In this document: positions 43,431-52,140 of the stretch, in pieces
Layout of the letters: the number at the start of each line of letters is the position of its first letter
Position numbering within the stretch: position 1 is the stretch's first letter
Source: Micropepsaceae bacterium
GTDB taxonomy: Bacteria; Pseudomonadota; Alphaproteobacteria; Micropepsales; Micropepsaceae
Direction of reading: 5' to 3'
Length of the DNA: 64,000 bases
NCBI GenBank assembly: GCA_036273455.1
Contig: DASUHP010000033.1
Location: forward strand, 13,967-77,966
Program-made: the position numbers and the translations under genes
The notes under the pieces: model-generated
Database searches by the model: none
Told to the model about the DNA's origin: nothing
What the model saw: the letters and a program-made list of their open reading frames with translations, nothing else

Positions 43431-44257
43431 GCATCCACCATGAAAACCGGCGCAGGGGTGAGGCGCGCTTCGCGTTCCAGCGGCTCCAGCACGGCACGAA
43501 TTTCCGGCAACATGGCTTCAATCTGCGGAATGTCGAAGCGCTCGCGCGGCCCCCCAATGGTCACGATGGCATGGGCGCGGTTCGCCCCATCGCAGACCGG
43601 GAAAATTGCATAGGCGGCGCTGGTGTGATGCGGATTGCGCCACAATACATAGCCCGACTTCCGGATCGATGTGATGTCCTGCCAAATGCCTTCCGCGCTT
43701 TCGCTCAGCGGGTCGGGGATGTGCTGCGTGCGATGCAGCGGTGCTGCGGCCCCGATATAGTCGGCGATTTCACTGTCGCCGCGGTGTGCGAGCAGGACTC
43801 GCGACATCTTCGTGCAATGCAGCGGCACCGGATGACCCCGCTGGCTGCGCAGCACACGTGCCCCCTCGGCCTGGATATCATCCACCGTGACGCGATTTCG
43901 TCCGACAATAATCGAAAGGTAGACGCTTTCATGGGTCAGCGCGTGAAGACGCTCCAAAACCGGATGGGCGAGGGCAATGATGTCGGTTTCGGCGGCGGAA
44001 CTGCGCGACAATAACAGACATCGCGGTCCGGGCTGATACAACTCACCGGACGAATGGCGCGCGGCATAACCTGATGCGCAAAGAACGGTGAGCGCACGAT
44101 GCACCATGTTCTTGTTCATACCCAAAGCGCGCGCAAGCTCGCTCACCCCGCGCGGTCGCGGCGCTTCTGCGAGCGCGAGCAGAACTGTCAGGACGCGCCG
44201 GGTCGCCTGGTTGCGATATTGCACGCCGGTTTCGCCGGGATTTTCAGTTGTGGTCAT
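43427..44257 (-). CDS. IclR-family transcriptional regulator
   Basis: wHTH 'RVLTVLLALAEAPRPRGVSELARALGMNKNMVHRALTVLCASGY'. Its stop overlaps the next IclR start by 4 nt. Confidence 0.85.
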   Translation of the reverse strand: MTTTENPGETGVQYRNQATRRVLTVLLALAEAPRPRGVSELARALGMNKNMVHRALTVLCASGYAARHSSGELYQPGPRCLLLSRSSAAETDIIALAHPVLERLHALTHESVYLSIIVGRNRVTVDDIQAEGARVLRSQRGHPVPLHCTKMSRVLLAHRGDSEIADYIGAAAPLHRTQHIPDPLSESAEGIWQDITSIRKSGYVLWRNPHHTSAAYAIFPVCDGANRAHAIVTIGGPRERFDIPQIEAMLPEIRAVLEPLEREARLTPAPVFMVDA

Positions 44258-44362
44258 GGTCGCGTTTGACCCGCGTGCGTCCGGGCGGTAGCATCAAGAA
44301 GTAAAAACGATTTCACATACTATAACGATGCTCCGGGAGCAGCAACAGATGCCCAAGGTCCG

Positions 44363-45163
44363 ATGACTGCCGGCGCGATCCGCGTTTCAAGCGTTGAAGC
44401 CGCCGGCATTGGTGTCGAAACGGCCGAAGCCGGCAATGGTCCCGCGCTGCTGTTTCTGCACGGCGGGCATCCCTCCGGCCGTCTCGATCCCGGCGCAAGG
44501 TTCATCGAGGCACTCGCGTCCCGCGTCCATATGATTGCGCCGACGCATCCCGGGTTCGGCATCACGGCGGCACCGTCGCAACTGACCAGCGTCGATGATC
44601 TCGCCTATCTGTATCTTGACCTCCTGGAAACATTGAATCTGCGTGACGTGATTTTGGTCGGTGCGTCGCTGGGCGGCTGGATTGCCAGTGAAATGGCGAT
44701 CAAGAGCACGGAACGGCTGTCGCGGCTGGTGCTTATTGATGCGCTGGGGATCAAACCGGGAGATCGCGCGACCCGGGACATTGCCGATATTTATGCCATC
44801 ACCGACCAGCAGCTCGCCGGGATTACCTATGCCGACCCGCAGAAAATGGCGCGCGAAACGAAAAAGCTTCCGGAAGAGGAATTGATCCTGATGGCGCGAT
44901 CGCGCGAGGCGACCGCGCGCTACGCCTGGTCGCCCTATATGCACAATCCGAAGCTGATGGGCCGGTTGCACCGCATCCATATCCCGGCGCTCGTGCTGTG
45001 GGGCGATTCGGACCGCATAACGACACCCGATTATGGACGGGCCTATGCGCAGGCGATTCCCGCCGCGCGTTTCGCGCTCATTGAGAGCGCCGGACATTTT
45101 CCTCATCTCGAACAGCCGAACGCCACCGCCCGTCACATTCTCGATTTCATCGGCGAACGCTGA
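44363..45163 (+). CDS. alpha/beta-fold hydrolase
   Basis: 'LLFLHGG', nucleophile elbow 'GASLGG' and a C-terminal 'AGHFPHLEQP'. Confidence 0.8.
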   Translation: MTAGAIRVSSVEAAGIGVETAEAGNGPALLFLHGGHPSGRLDPGARFIEALASRVHMIAPTHPGFGITAAPSQLTSVDDLAYLYLDLLETLNLRDVILVGASLGGWIASEMAIKSTERLSRLVLIDALGIKPGDRATRDIADIYAITDQQLAGITYADPQKMARETKKLPEEELILMARSREATARYAWSPYMHNPKLMGRLHRIHIPALVLWGDSDRITTPDYGRAYAQAIPAARFALIESAGHFPHLEQPNATARHILDFIGER

Positions 45164-45188
45164 GCCGCAGGCAAGCCGGGAGATACAG

Positions 45189-46379
45189 ATGAGAGTATTT
45201 CAGTTCACCGAACAGCCCTATCCGGATGTGTGGAACGACCACAACGGCTCGCTGCGGGTAAACCTGCCCAATCGCAAGCTCGATCCCGTACGCGCCGCCG
45301 ATCTGTTCCACCGCTATTACGACGAGTGGCAATTGGCCGACGAACTCGGCCTCAACATCATGCTGAATGAGCATCATGCAACCGCAACCTGCATGAGCGC
45401 CGCATGCGTAATCGGTTTATCGGTTCTGGCCCGCATCACGAAAAAGGCCCGCCTGCTGGTGCTCGGCTACCCCATCGCCAATCGTCCCGATCCCTTACGC
45501 GCTGCCGAAGAGCTCGCCACAATCGACGTGATCAGCCACGGCCGGCTCGAGATGGGATTTGTCCGTGGGGTGCCGCAGGAAGTGCCGATCGCGAATATGA
45601 ACCCGGTGTTCCAGTCGGACCGGTTCTGGGAAGCGCATGATTTCATCATCAAGGCGCTCACCAGCCACGACGAACCGTTCAACTGGGAGAGTCAGAATTT
45701 TCAATATCGGCACGTCAATGTCTGGCCGCGTTGCTATCAGCAGCCGCATCCGCCGGTTTGGAGCACGACGGGAAGCACCCAGACCGCGCGCAAGCTTGGC
45801 ACCTACGGCTACACCATGGCGACGCTGGGCACCGGCTATGATACGCGCCGGCTATATAATGCGTACCGCCAGGGTTACGCAGAGAAGCACAATGGTGCAC
45901 CCGCACCTGCCGACCGTTTCGGCTATCTGGCCCTGGTGGCGGTTGGACGCACCGAAGCCGAAGCGCGCCGCCGGGCCGAACTGATTGCCACCTATCCGAG
46001 GTCCTCGGGCATTGTGTTGGCTCCGTTCCGCAATCCGCCCGGCTATCTCTCGATCGAAGACAATGTCCGCATGCTGAAAGGCGAAGGGCGGCCGCGCAGT
46101 TACACCAAAGACGGCCGGGTGGTCGAGATGCACGCGGGCAGCGTGCAGGACCTGATCGATGCCGGCGTGATGTTCTGCGGCACGCCGGATCAGGTGTACG
46201 ATCAGATCGTGGATTTCGTCGATCACTGCGGCGGCATGGGCAATCTTCTGATGATGGGTCATGCTGGCCCGATGTCGCACGAGGATACGGTCGAAAACCT
46301 CACGATATTCGCCCGCGACGTCTATCCCCGGCTGAAGGAATTGCGTCAGCCGGAGCCGGCCGAAGCCGCCGCGCAGTAA
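45189..46379 (+). CDS. LLM-class (luciferase-like) flavin-dependent oxidoreductase
   Basis: I used the internal ATG of ORF 45033..46379, with a GGGAG RBS. Contains 'MRVFQFTEQPYP', 'LNEHHATATCM' and 'LEMGFVRG'. Confidence 0.85.
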   Translation: MRVFQFTEQPYPDVWNDHNGSLRVNLPNRKLDPVRAADLFHRYYDEWQLADELGLNIMLNEHHATATCMSAACVIGLSVLARITKKARLLVLGYPIANRPDPLRAAEELATIDVISHGRLEMGFVRGVPQEVPIANMNPVFQSDRFWEAHDFIIKALTSHDEPFNWESQNFQYRHVNVWPRCYQQPHPPVWSTTGSTQTARKLGTYGYTMATLGTGYDTRRLYNAYRQGYAEKHNGAPAPADRFGYLALVAVGRTEAEARRRAELIATYPRSSGIVLAPFRNPPGYLSIEDNVRMLKGEGRPRSYTKDGRVVEMHAGSVQDLIDAGVMFCGTPDQVYDQIVDFVDHCGGMGNLLMMGHAGPMSHEDTVENLTIFARDVYPRLKELRQPEPAEAAAQ

Positions 46380-46383
46380 TTCA

Positions 46384-47199
46384 ATGACGAAGGTCGAAAG
46401 CCGCCACATCCTGGTCGATGGGATGCGCACGCATTACCTCGAAGCCGGCCAGGGCTTTCCGGTCGTGCTGCTGCATTCCGGCGAGTTCGGCGGCTGCGCG
46501 GAACTGTCGTGGGAATTCACAATTCCCGAGCTGGCGAAATGCTTTCATGTGATTGCGCCCGACTGGCTGGGATTTGGCGGGAGCGCGAAAATCTTCAGCT
46601 TTGATGACATGCGCGAATTGCGTGTCCAACACATCACCGCGCTGCTGAAGACGCTCTGCATCGATCGCGCGCATTTCATCGGCAATTCCATGGGCGGCGG
46701 CATGCTGGCCGCCGTCGCGGCGCAGGATCAGCCGGACTGGCCGATCGAGAAAATGGTGCTGGCTAGCGCCGGCGGATTTGCCCCGGTCAATGATGCGCGC
46801 AAGGTGCTGAATTCGTATGACGGATCGCGCGACCACATGCGCCGCATTGTCGAAACGACACTGCTCGTCAGCCCCTTGCGCTACGATGAAGCCTATCTCG
46901 ACCGGCGCCACAGGCTGTCGCTGGTGCCGGGCTCCTGGGAATGCACGGCGGCGGCGCGGTTGCGCAGGCCCGGTGTCAAAACCGGCGAACGTGAAGAGAC
47001 CAATTACCGCAACATCAAGCGGCCGACGCTGATTATCGCCGGCGGGAAAGACCCGCTGCGCGAACCTGGCTATGCCAGGGCCTTACAGAAAGAGATCGAA
47101 TACTCCGAGCTTGCCGTATTCCCGGACGCAGGGCACTTTCCCCAGATCGATATGCCGGAACAATTTAACGAGGTGGTGACCGGCTTCCTGTCATGTTGA
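46384..47199 (+). CDS. alpha/beta-fold hydrolase (C-C hydrolase BphD/MhpC-like)
   Basis: Contains 'VVLLHSGEFGG', 'GNSMGG' and 'DAGHFPQIDMPEQF'. Confidence 0.8.
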   Translation: MTKVESRHILVDGMRTHYLEAGQGFPVVLLHSGEFGGCAELSWEFTIPELAKCFHVIAPDWLGFGGSAKIFSFDDMRELRVQHITALLKTLCIDRAHFIGNSMGGGMLAAVAAQDQPDWPIEKMVLASAGGFAPVNDARKVLNSYDGSRDHMRRIVETTLLVSPLRYDEAYLDRRHRLSLVPGSWECTAAARLRRPGVKTGEREETNYRNIKRPTLIIAGGKDPLREPGYARALQKEIEYSELAVFPDAGHFPQIDMPEQFNEVVTGFLSC

Positions 47200-47258
47200 T
47201 GTAGGGCAACCATTCCGCTGTGGCCGGGTGGCGAAATCCGGGCTAGCTTTGAAGTGAA

Positions 47259-47307
47259 CTCCCCCCTCCGTCCGCTTCGCGGACACCTCCCCCCTAAACG
47301 GGGGAGG
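47259..47307. repeat. intergenic repeat, family A long variant
   Basis: CTCCCCCCTCCGTCCGCTTCGCGGACACCTCCCCCCTAAACGGGGGAGG, ending in the hairpin CCTCCCCC-CTAAAC-GGGGGAGG. Confidence 0.6.
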
Positions 47308-47333
47308 AAATTTGGGTGGAACACGGAGCGGAA

Positions 47334-48731
47334 ATGGCCGCAAGCGGCGAGATTGTCGATACCGATGCAGTGATCAACCGCTCGCCCGTGGGCGCGCTCC
47401 AGATCATGGTGGGCATGCTCGGCGCGATGATTCTGGTCGCCGACGGATTCAATACACAGGTGATCGGCTATGTCGCGCCGCAGATTGCCAGGACCATGCA
47501 TCTTGGCCGCGATGAGCTCGCCTGGGTCCTGTCGGCGGACAAAGTCGGCCTGCTGATCGGCTATCTGTTCGTCGCACCACTATCCGGCCGGTTCGGCCAC
47601 AAGCGGGTTGCCATCGGCTGCATTCTGTTTTTTGGCCTGCTCGCCTGGATCACCACATTCTCAGGAAACGCAACGGAGCTGTTTATCTTCCGCGTCCTGA
47701 CGGGCATCGGATTAGGCGGCGCGCTTCCCTCGGGTGTTGCGCTGACCGGGGAATATTTTCCAAAAAGCCGGCGTTCGACCTCAATAACCTTCATTTATTG
47801 CGGGTTGTCGGCCGGACAGCTTTCCGCGGGCGAAGTGGCCAATGCGCTGCTTCAGCCGCTTGGCTGGCAGGGCGCGTTATGGGCGGGCGGAGGATTGGCG
47901 CTGCTGCTCGCGGCGACTCTCACCGCGCTGATGCCGGAGTCGCTGGAATACCTGGTCAACCGGGGCGGCGAACCGGAAATAGCCGGACGCATCCTTGCCC
48001 GCATTGACCGCAATCTGCGGCTGGATGACGGGACCAAATTGGTCTCAGGCGAACGCAGCAAAGATCGCCTGACGATCTGGCAGCTACTGCCCAGGCTGTT
48101 CCGGTCCAACCGGACATTCGGCACGGTCGTGATCTGGTTTGCACTCGGCATGAATTTGACGGTCAATACTTCGCTTCAGGTCTGGCTGACCAAGATACTG
48201 GTGGACAGCGGATTTGCTCAGCACACGGCGATTATCGCGACGGAAGCATCGTTTCTCGCGGGCATCATCGGTGCGTTCATCATAGGACCGCTGATGGACC
48301 GGTTCGGCGCCTATCGCGTCATCATGGGCCTGTTCGTGGCCGGTGCACTGTTCAGTCTCTTGCTCGGACTTTCGCTGTCATGGCAGGCAGCCGCCCTGAT
48401 CGCAGCTTCGTCCTTCGGGTCGGGATTCTGCACCAGCGGCGTGCAAAAGGGCGGCAACGCACTTTGCGTTTATTTTTATCCGACGGCACTGCGCTCCACC
48501 GGCCTCGGATGGGGTCTGGGAATTGGGCGCATTGGAGCGATCATTGGTCCCCTGATGGTTGGATATCTGCTGACCGGCGGGTGGTCTCCCGCCGCAGTGT
48601 TCACCGCGACAGCCGTGCCGATGCTATTGGGCGCAATCGCGGTCGCGGCCATGGGCAGAGTTTATGGCGAGTCGCCGGCAGAACGTGCCGAGCTGCAACC
48701 CGCGGCCCAAACCGCGGCCGCAAAGGTTTAG
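47334..48731 (+). CDS. MFS transporter, aromatic acid:H+ symporter type (tandem copy 1)
   Basis: 'INRSPVGALQIMV..ADGFNTQVIGYVAPQI' and 'LSGRFGHKRV'. GGAG RBS before ATG 47334. Confidence 0.8.
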   Translation: MAASGEIVDTDAVINRSPVGALQIMVGMLGAMILVADGFNTQVIGYVAPQIARTMHLGRDELAWVLSADKVGLLIGYLFVAPLSGRFGHKRVAIGCILFFGLLAWITTFSGNATELFIFRVLTGIGLGGALPSGVALTGEYFPKSRRSTSITFIYCGLSAGQLSAGEVANALLQPLGWQGALWAGGGLALLLAATLTALMPESLEYLVNRGGEPEIAGRILARIDRNLRLDDGTKLVSGERSKDRLTIWQLLPRLFRSNRTFGTVVIWFALGMNLTVNTSLQVWLTKILVDSGFAQHTAIIATEASFLAGIIGAFIIGPLMDRFGAYRVIMGLFVAGALFSLLLGLSLSWQAAALIAASSFGSGFCTSGVQKGGNALCVYFYPTALRSTGLGWGLGIGRIGAIIGPLMVGYLLTGGWSPAAVFTATAVPMLLGAIAVAAMGRVYGESPAERAELQPAAQTAAAKV

Positions 48732-48734
48732 TTG

Positions 48735-50141
48735 ATGGACACCGAAGCCGTCGCACCCATCGATACTGACGCGCTGATCAATCGCGTTCCCGTCGGGGCC
48801 CTGCAAATCCTGGTCGCGCTGCTTTCTGGCTGCGCACTTCTGGTCGAGGGATTCAACACCTCGGCGATCGGTTATATCGCACCGCAGATCACAAGGCTTT
48901 GGCATGTGCCAAACACTACGCTCGGTACAATTCTCAGTGCCGACATGGTCGGACTGCTGCTCGGCTATCTCTTTATTTCGCCATTGTCCGCACGCTTTGG
49001 CCACAAGCGGCTGCTGATCGCGTGCACCGCCGCGTTTGGGGCCATGACATTTCTGACCATCACTGCGAACGGCGTGCCGTTGCTGCTGGTGTTCCGGTTC
49101 CTCACCGGCATCGGTGTGGGCGGTGCGATGCCGAGTGCGGTTGCACTGACCGGGGAATATTTTCCCGAACGCATGCGGTCATCCTCGATCACGCTCATCT
49201 ATATCGGATTTTCGCTGGGCCAGATCGCCGCTGGAGTGGCGTCGGGCCTGCTGCTCCAGCCATTCGGCTGGCGCGCCGTGCTGGCGACCGGCGGGATTGG
49301 CACCCTTGTCCTGTCGCTTGTTTTCGTTTTTGCGCTGCCGGAGTCCATGGAATTTCTCGTCAACCGCAGCAACGGAAGCAAGCAAGCCGCCGCCATTTTG
49401 CAGCGCGTCGCGCCGGACTTACGGATTTCCGAAACCACCCGCATCACCGCCGGGCATCATGCGTCGAGCGTGCGGCTCCGCGAACTCGTGCAGGACGGAC
49501 GCGCCACCGGAACATTGCTGATCTGGGCCGGCATGTTCATGAATCTGATGATCTATTTTTTCCTGCAGAAGTGGCTGACCTCATTATTGGTGCAGTCCGG
49601 GCTATCGCAGCAGGTCGCGATCACCGCGACAACGATCGGGCTCGCTGGCGGCATTGCGGCGGCGATCATTATTGGGCCACTCATGGACCGCTATGGTCCC
49701 TATGCGGTGGTTTCCGGCCTGTTCGCGCTGTCGGCAGTCTCCGTCGTCGTGATGGCGCGAATCCTGGTGTCGCCGGTGCCGTGGTTGACAGTGGCTGTGT
49801 CTTTTTTTGTCGGCTTTTGCCTTTCCGGCGGTCAAAAAGCGAACAACGCGCTGTCGGTATTCTTCTACCCGACCGCGCTGCGCGGGACTGGAATCGGCTG
49901 GTCGCTTGGGATCGGCCGCTTCGGCGGCGTGATCGGCCCTTTCATGGCCGGAATCATGCTGGCCGCGGGCTGGTCGCCGGGTGAGCTGTTTTATGCAGCA
50001 TCGGTACCGATGCTGCTTGGAGCAGCCGCAATTGCCGCGATGGGCATTATTTACTCGCGTGCCGTTCCTGCAGCGCGGGAATTGGTTTCCGCCTTCGCGT
50101 CGCGCCATAGCGCCGCTTCGGCGCGACGGCGGCAGCCATGA
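48735..50141 (+). CDS. MFS transporter, aromatic acid:H+ symporter type (tandem copy 2)
   Basis: 'INRVPVGALQILV..VEGFNTSAIGYIAPQI' and 'LSARFGHKRL'. It begins 1-4 nt after the previous stop. Confidence 0.8.
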   Translation: MDTEAVAPIDTDALINRVPVGALQILVALLSGCALLVEGFNTSAIGYIAPQITRLWHVPNTTLGTILSADMVGLLLGYLFISPLSARFGHKRLLIACTAAFGAMTFLTITANGVPLLLVFRFLTGIGVGGAMPSAVALTGEYFPERMRSSSITLIYIGFSLGQIAAGVASGLLLQPFGWRAVLATGGIGTLVLSLVFVFALPESMEFLVNRSNGSKQAAAILQRVAPDLRISETTRITAGHHASSVRLRELVQDGRATGTLLIWAGMFMNLMIYFFLQKWLTSLLVQSGLSQQVAITATTIGLAGGIAAAIIIGPLMDRYGPYAVVSGLFALSAVSVVVMARILVSPVPWLTVAVSFFVGFCLSGGQKANNALSVFFYPTALRGTGIGWSLGIGRFGGVIGPFMAGIMLAAGWSPGELFYAASVPMLLGAAAIAAMGIIYSRAVPAARELVSAFASRHSAASARRRQP

Positions 50142-51082
50142 CCGGCACACGTCTGATCGCCGATGTCGGCGGCACGAATGCGCGGTTTGCCCTGCTCGAA
50201 GGCGGGGACTTCGACCGCGTAGAGATCATTGCTGTCGCCGACTGCGACCGTATCGAAGATGCCGTCAGCAGATATCTTGCCGGAGTTCCGGCGGCGAAGC
50301 GCCCGGACGAAGCCGCTTTCTCGGTTGCAGGACCGGTGACCGGCGACAAGATCGTCATGATGAACAGTCCGTGGAGCTTTTCCACCGAAGGGATGCGGCG
50401 GGAGTTCGGATGGAAGCAGTTGCACGTCATCAATGATTTTGCGGCGAACGCCCTTTCGGTCCCCGAAATTCCCGCCGAGTTGCGGCTGCAGGTCGGGGAT
50501 GGCTCGCCGGCGGCAAATATGCCGGTTGCGGTGCTGGGTCCCGGAACGGGATTGGGCGCGGGCGGGCTTGTACCTGGCCCGTCGGGCTGGATTGCGGTTG
50601 CGGGCGAAGGTGGAAATGTCACGCTCGCAGTGGCAGATTCCCGCGAAGCCGCCATCATCGACATATTGCGGCGGCAATATGCGCATGTCTCTGCCGAAAT
50701 GGTCTTGTCCGGCCCAGGGCTGGTGAACCTCTATGAATCCCTGTGCGAGCTGGCCGGCAAGCCGGCAACGCCGTGCACGCCGGAAGACATCACCAATCTT
50801 TATCCCGGCTGCGATCCGCAGCGCCGCGAGGCCGTCGCGCTGTTTTGCGCGATACTCGGCAGTTTCGCGGGCGATCTCGCAATGACATTAGGCGCCCGCG
50901 GCGGAGTCTATGTGATGGGCGGCATCGTGCCGAAGATTTACGAGATCTTCCGCCACTCGCAGTTTCGCGACCGCTTTGAATCCAAGGGCCGCTACCGGAG
51001 CTACTTGTCACCGATACCGACCTATGTCGTCGCGCATCCTTTCCCTGCGTTCCTGGGATTGAAAACTCTGTTCGAAGACTGA
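50138..51082 (+). CDS. glk: glucokinase
   Basis: 'LIADVGGTNARFAL', 'GPGTGLG' and 'MGGIVPK'. About 314 aa. Its ATG overlaps the MFS stop (ATGA). Confidence 0.8.
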   Translation: MTGTRLIADVGGTNARFALLEGGDFDRVEIIAVADCDRIEDAVSRYLAGVPAAKRPDEAAFSVAGPVTGDKIVMMNSPWSFSTEGMRREFGWKQLHVINDFAANALSVPEIPAELRLQVGDGSPAANMPVAVLGPGTGLGAGGLVPGPSGWIAVAGEGGNVTLAVADSREAAIIDILRRQYAHVSAEMVLSGPGLVNLYESLCELAGKPATPCTPEDITNLYPGCDPQRREAVALFCAILGSFAGDLAMTLGARGGVYVMGGIVPKIYEIFRHSQFRDRFESKGRYRSYLSPIPTYVVAHPFPAFLGLKTLFED

Positions 51083-51083
51083 A

Positions 51084-52106
51084 ATGGCGACCGTCACCCG
51101 CGCGGAGTTTTTCCGCAGTGTAGCGGGCCTTGCGCTTACCGCGGTTTGCACTGGAGCACGTGCGGATGTTTTGCCGGTCAAGCTGACCATTCCTGCCGCG
51201 AAAGGTGGAATTAATGACCTCGCCGGCCGCCTTGTGGCGCGGCATTTCGGCCGCTTTCTCCCCGGTAGTCCGGCCATTGAGGCCGTGAATGACGAACGCG
51301 GAGGAGTCGCGCTGGCCAACCGGTTTGCGGAAGACCCGGGAAGCGCAATTGAAATTGCCATTCTCCAGCGCGCTGTGCCGCAACTCGCGATTCAGGGCGA
51401 CAGCACCGCACATTTCGACCCGCTGAATCTGACATGGCTCGGGAGCCTGTCCTCGTTCGCCAATGACGCTTACGTGCTGATTGTCGCCTCGCGCCATCCG
51501 GCAAAAACGGTGTGGGATCTCGCGCCCCCCGCGCCGCCGGCACTGATTGGCGGCGATGCTCCGGGATCAACCAATCTGACTTTCGCTCTCATCGCGCGCG
51601 ATGCGCTGAAACTGAACATCGAGGTGAAAGACGGATTCGCGGGGGCGGCCGGGATGTTTTTCGCAATGATGGACGGCGATCTCGATGGCCAGGTGATTGG
51701 CCTGAATTCGCTGATGGCCAATCAGCCGCAGCTTTGGAAAACGAAGGATGTGCGGCCGCTGCTTCAGTTCGGCAGGCGCACGCGGCACCCGCTATTGCCC
51801 GATGTACCGCTCGCGAACGAGTACGCGCATGACCAGGATGCGCTGGCTCTGGTCGCGTTTACCGAAGCGCCGCTTGCCATGGCGCTTCCATTCGTTGCGC
51901 CCGCAGGGCTGGCACCGGCGCAAGCCGCGATGTTGCAGCGGGCCTTCACGGAAATGGTCCGCGATCGCGATTTTCTCGCCGATGCCAAAAATGTGGATTT
52001 GGACATTACGCCAGTGAGCGGCGCTGCAGTGCGCGGTATTATTGCTGCGATGGCCGCGACGCCGAAGGATCTAATCGGGCGATACAACAGGATTACAATG
52101 GTGTAG
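51084..52106 (+). CDS. divergent Bug/TctC-like substrate-binding protein
   Basis: Shares 'FDPLNLTWLGS', 'MMDGDLDG' and 'DFLADAKNVDLDITPVSG' with the copies at 11790 and 32950. Starts 1 nt after the glk stop. Confidence 0.6.
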   Translation: MATVTRAEFFRSVAGLALTAVCTGARADVLPVKLTIPAAKGGINDLAGRLVARHFGRFLPGSPAIEAVNDERGGVALANRFAEDPGSAIEIAILQRAVPQLAIQGDSTAHFDPLNLTWLGSLSSFANDAYVLIVASRHPAKTVWDLAPPAPPALIGGDAPGSTNLTFALIARDALKLNIEVKDGFAGAAGMFFAMMDGDLDGQVIGLNSLMANQPQLWKTKDVRPLLQFGRRTRHPLLPDVPLANEYAHDQDALALVAFTEAPLAMALPFVAPAGLAPAQAAMLQRAFTEMVRDRDFLADAKNVDLDITPVSGAAVRGIIAAMAATPKDLIGRYNRITMV

Positions 52107-52140
52107 CGGTTTGGCACCGGGATTGTGCAAAAGCTTCCAC

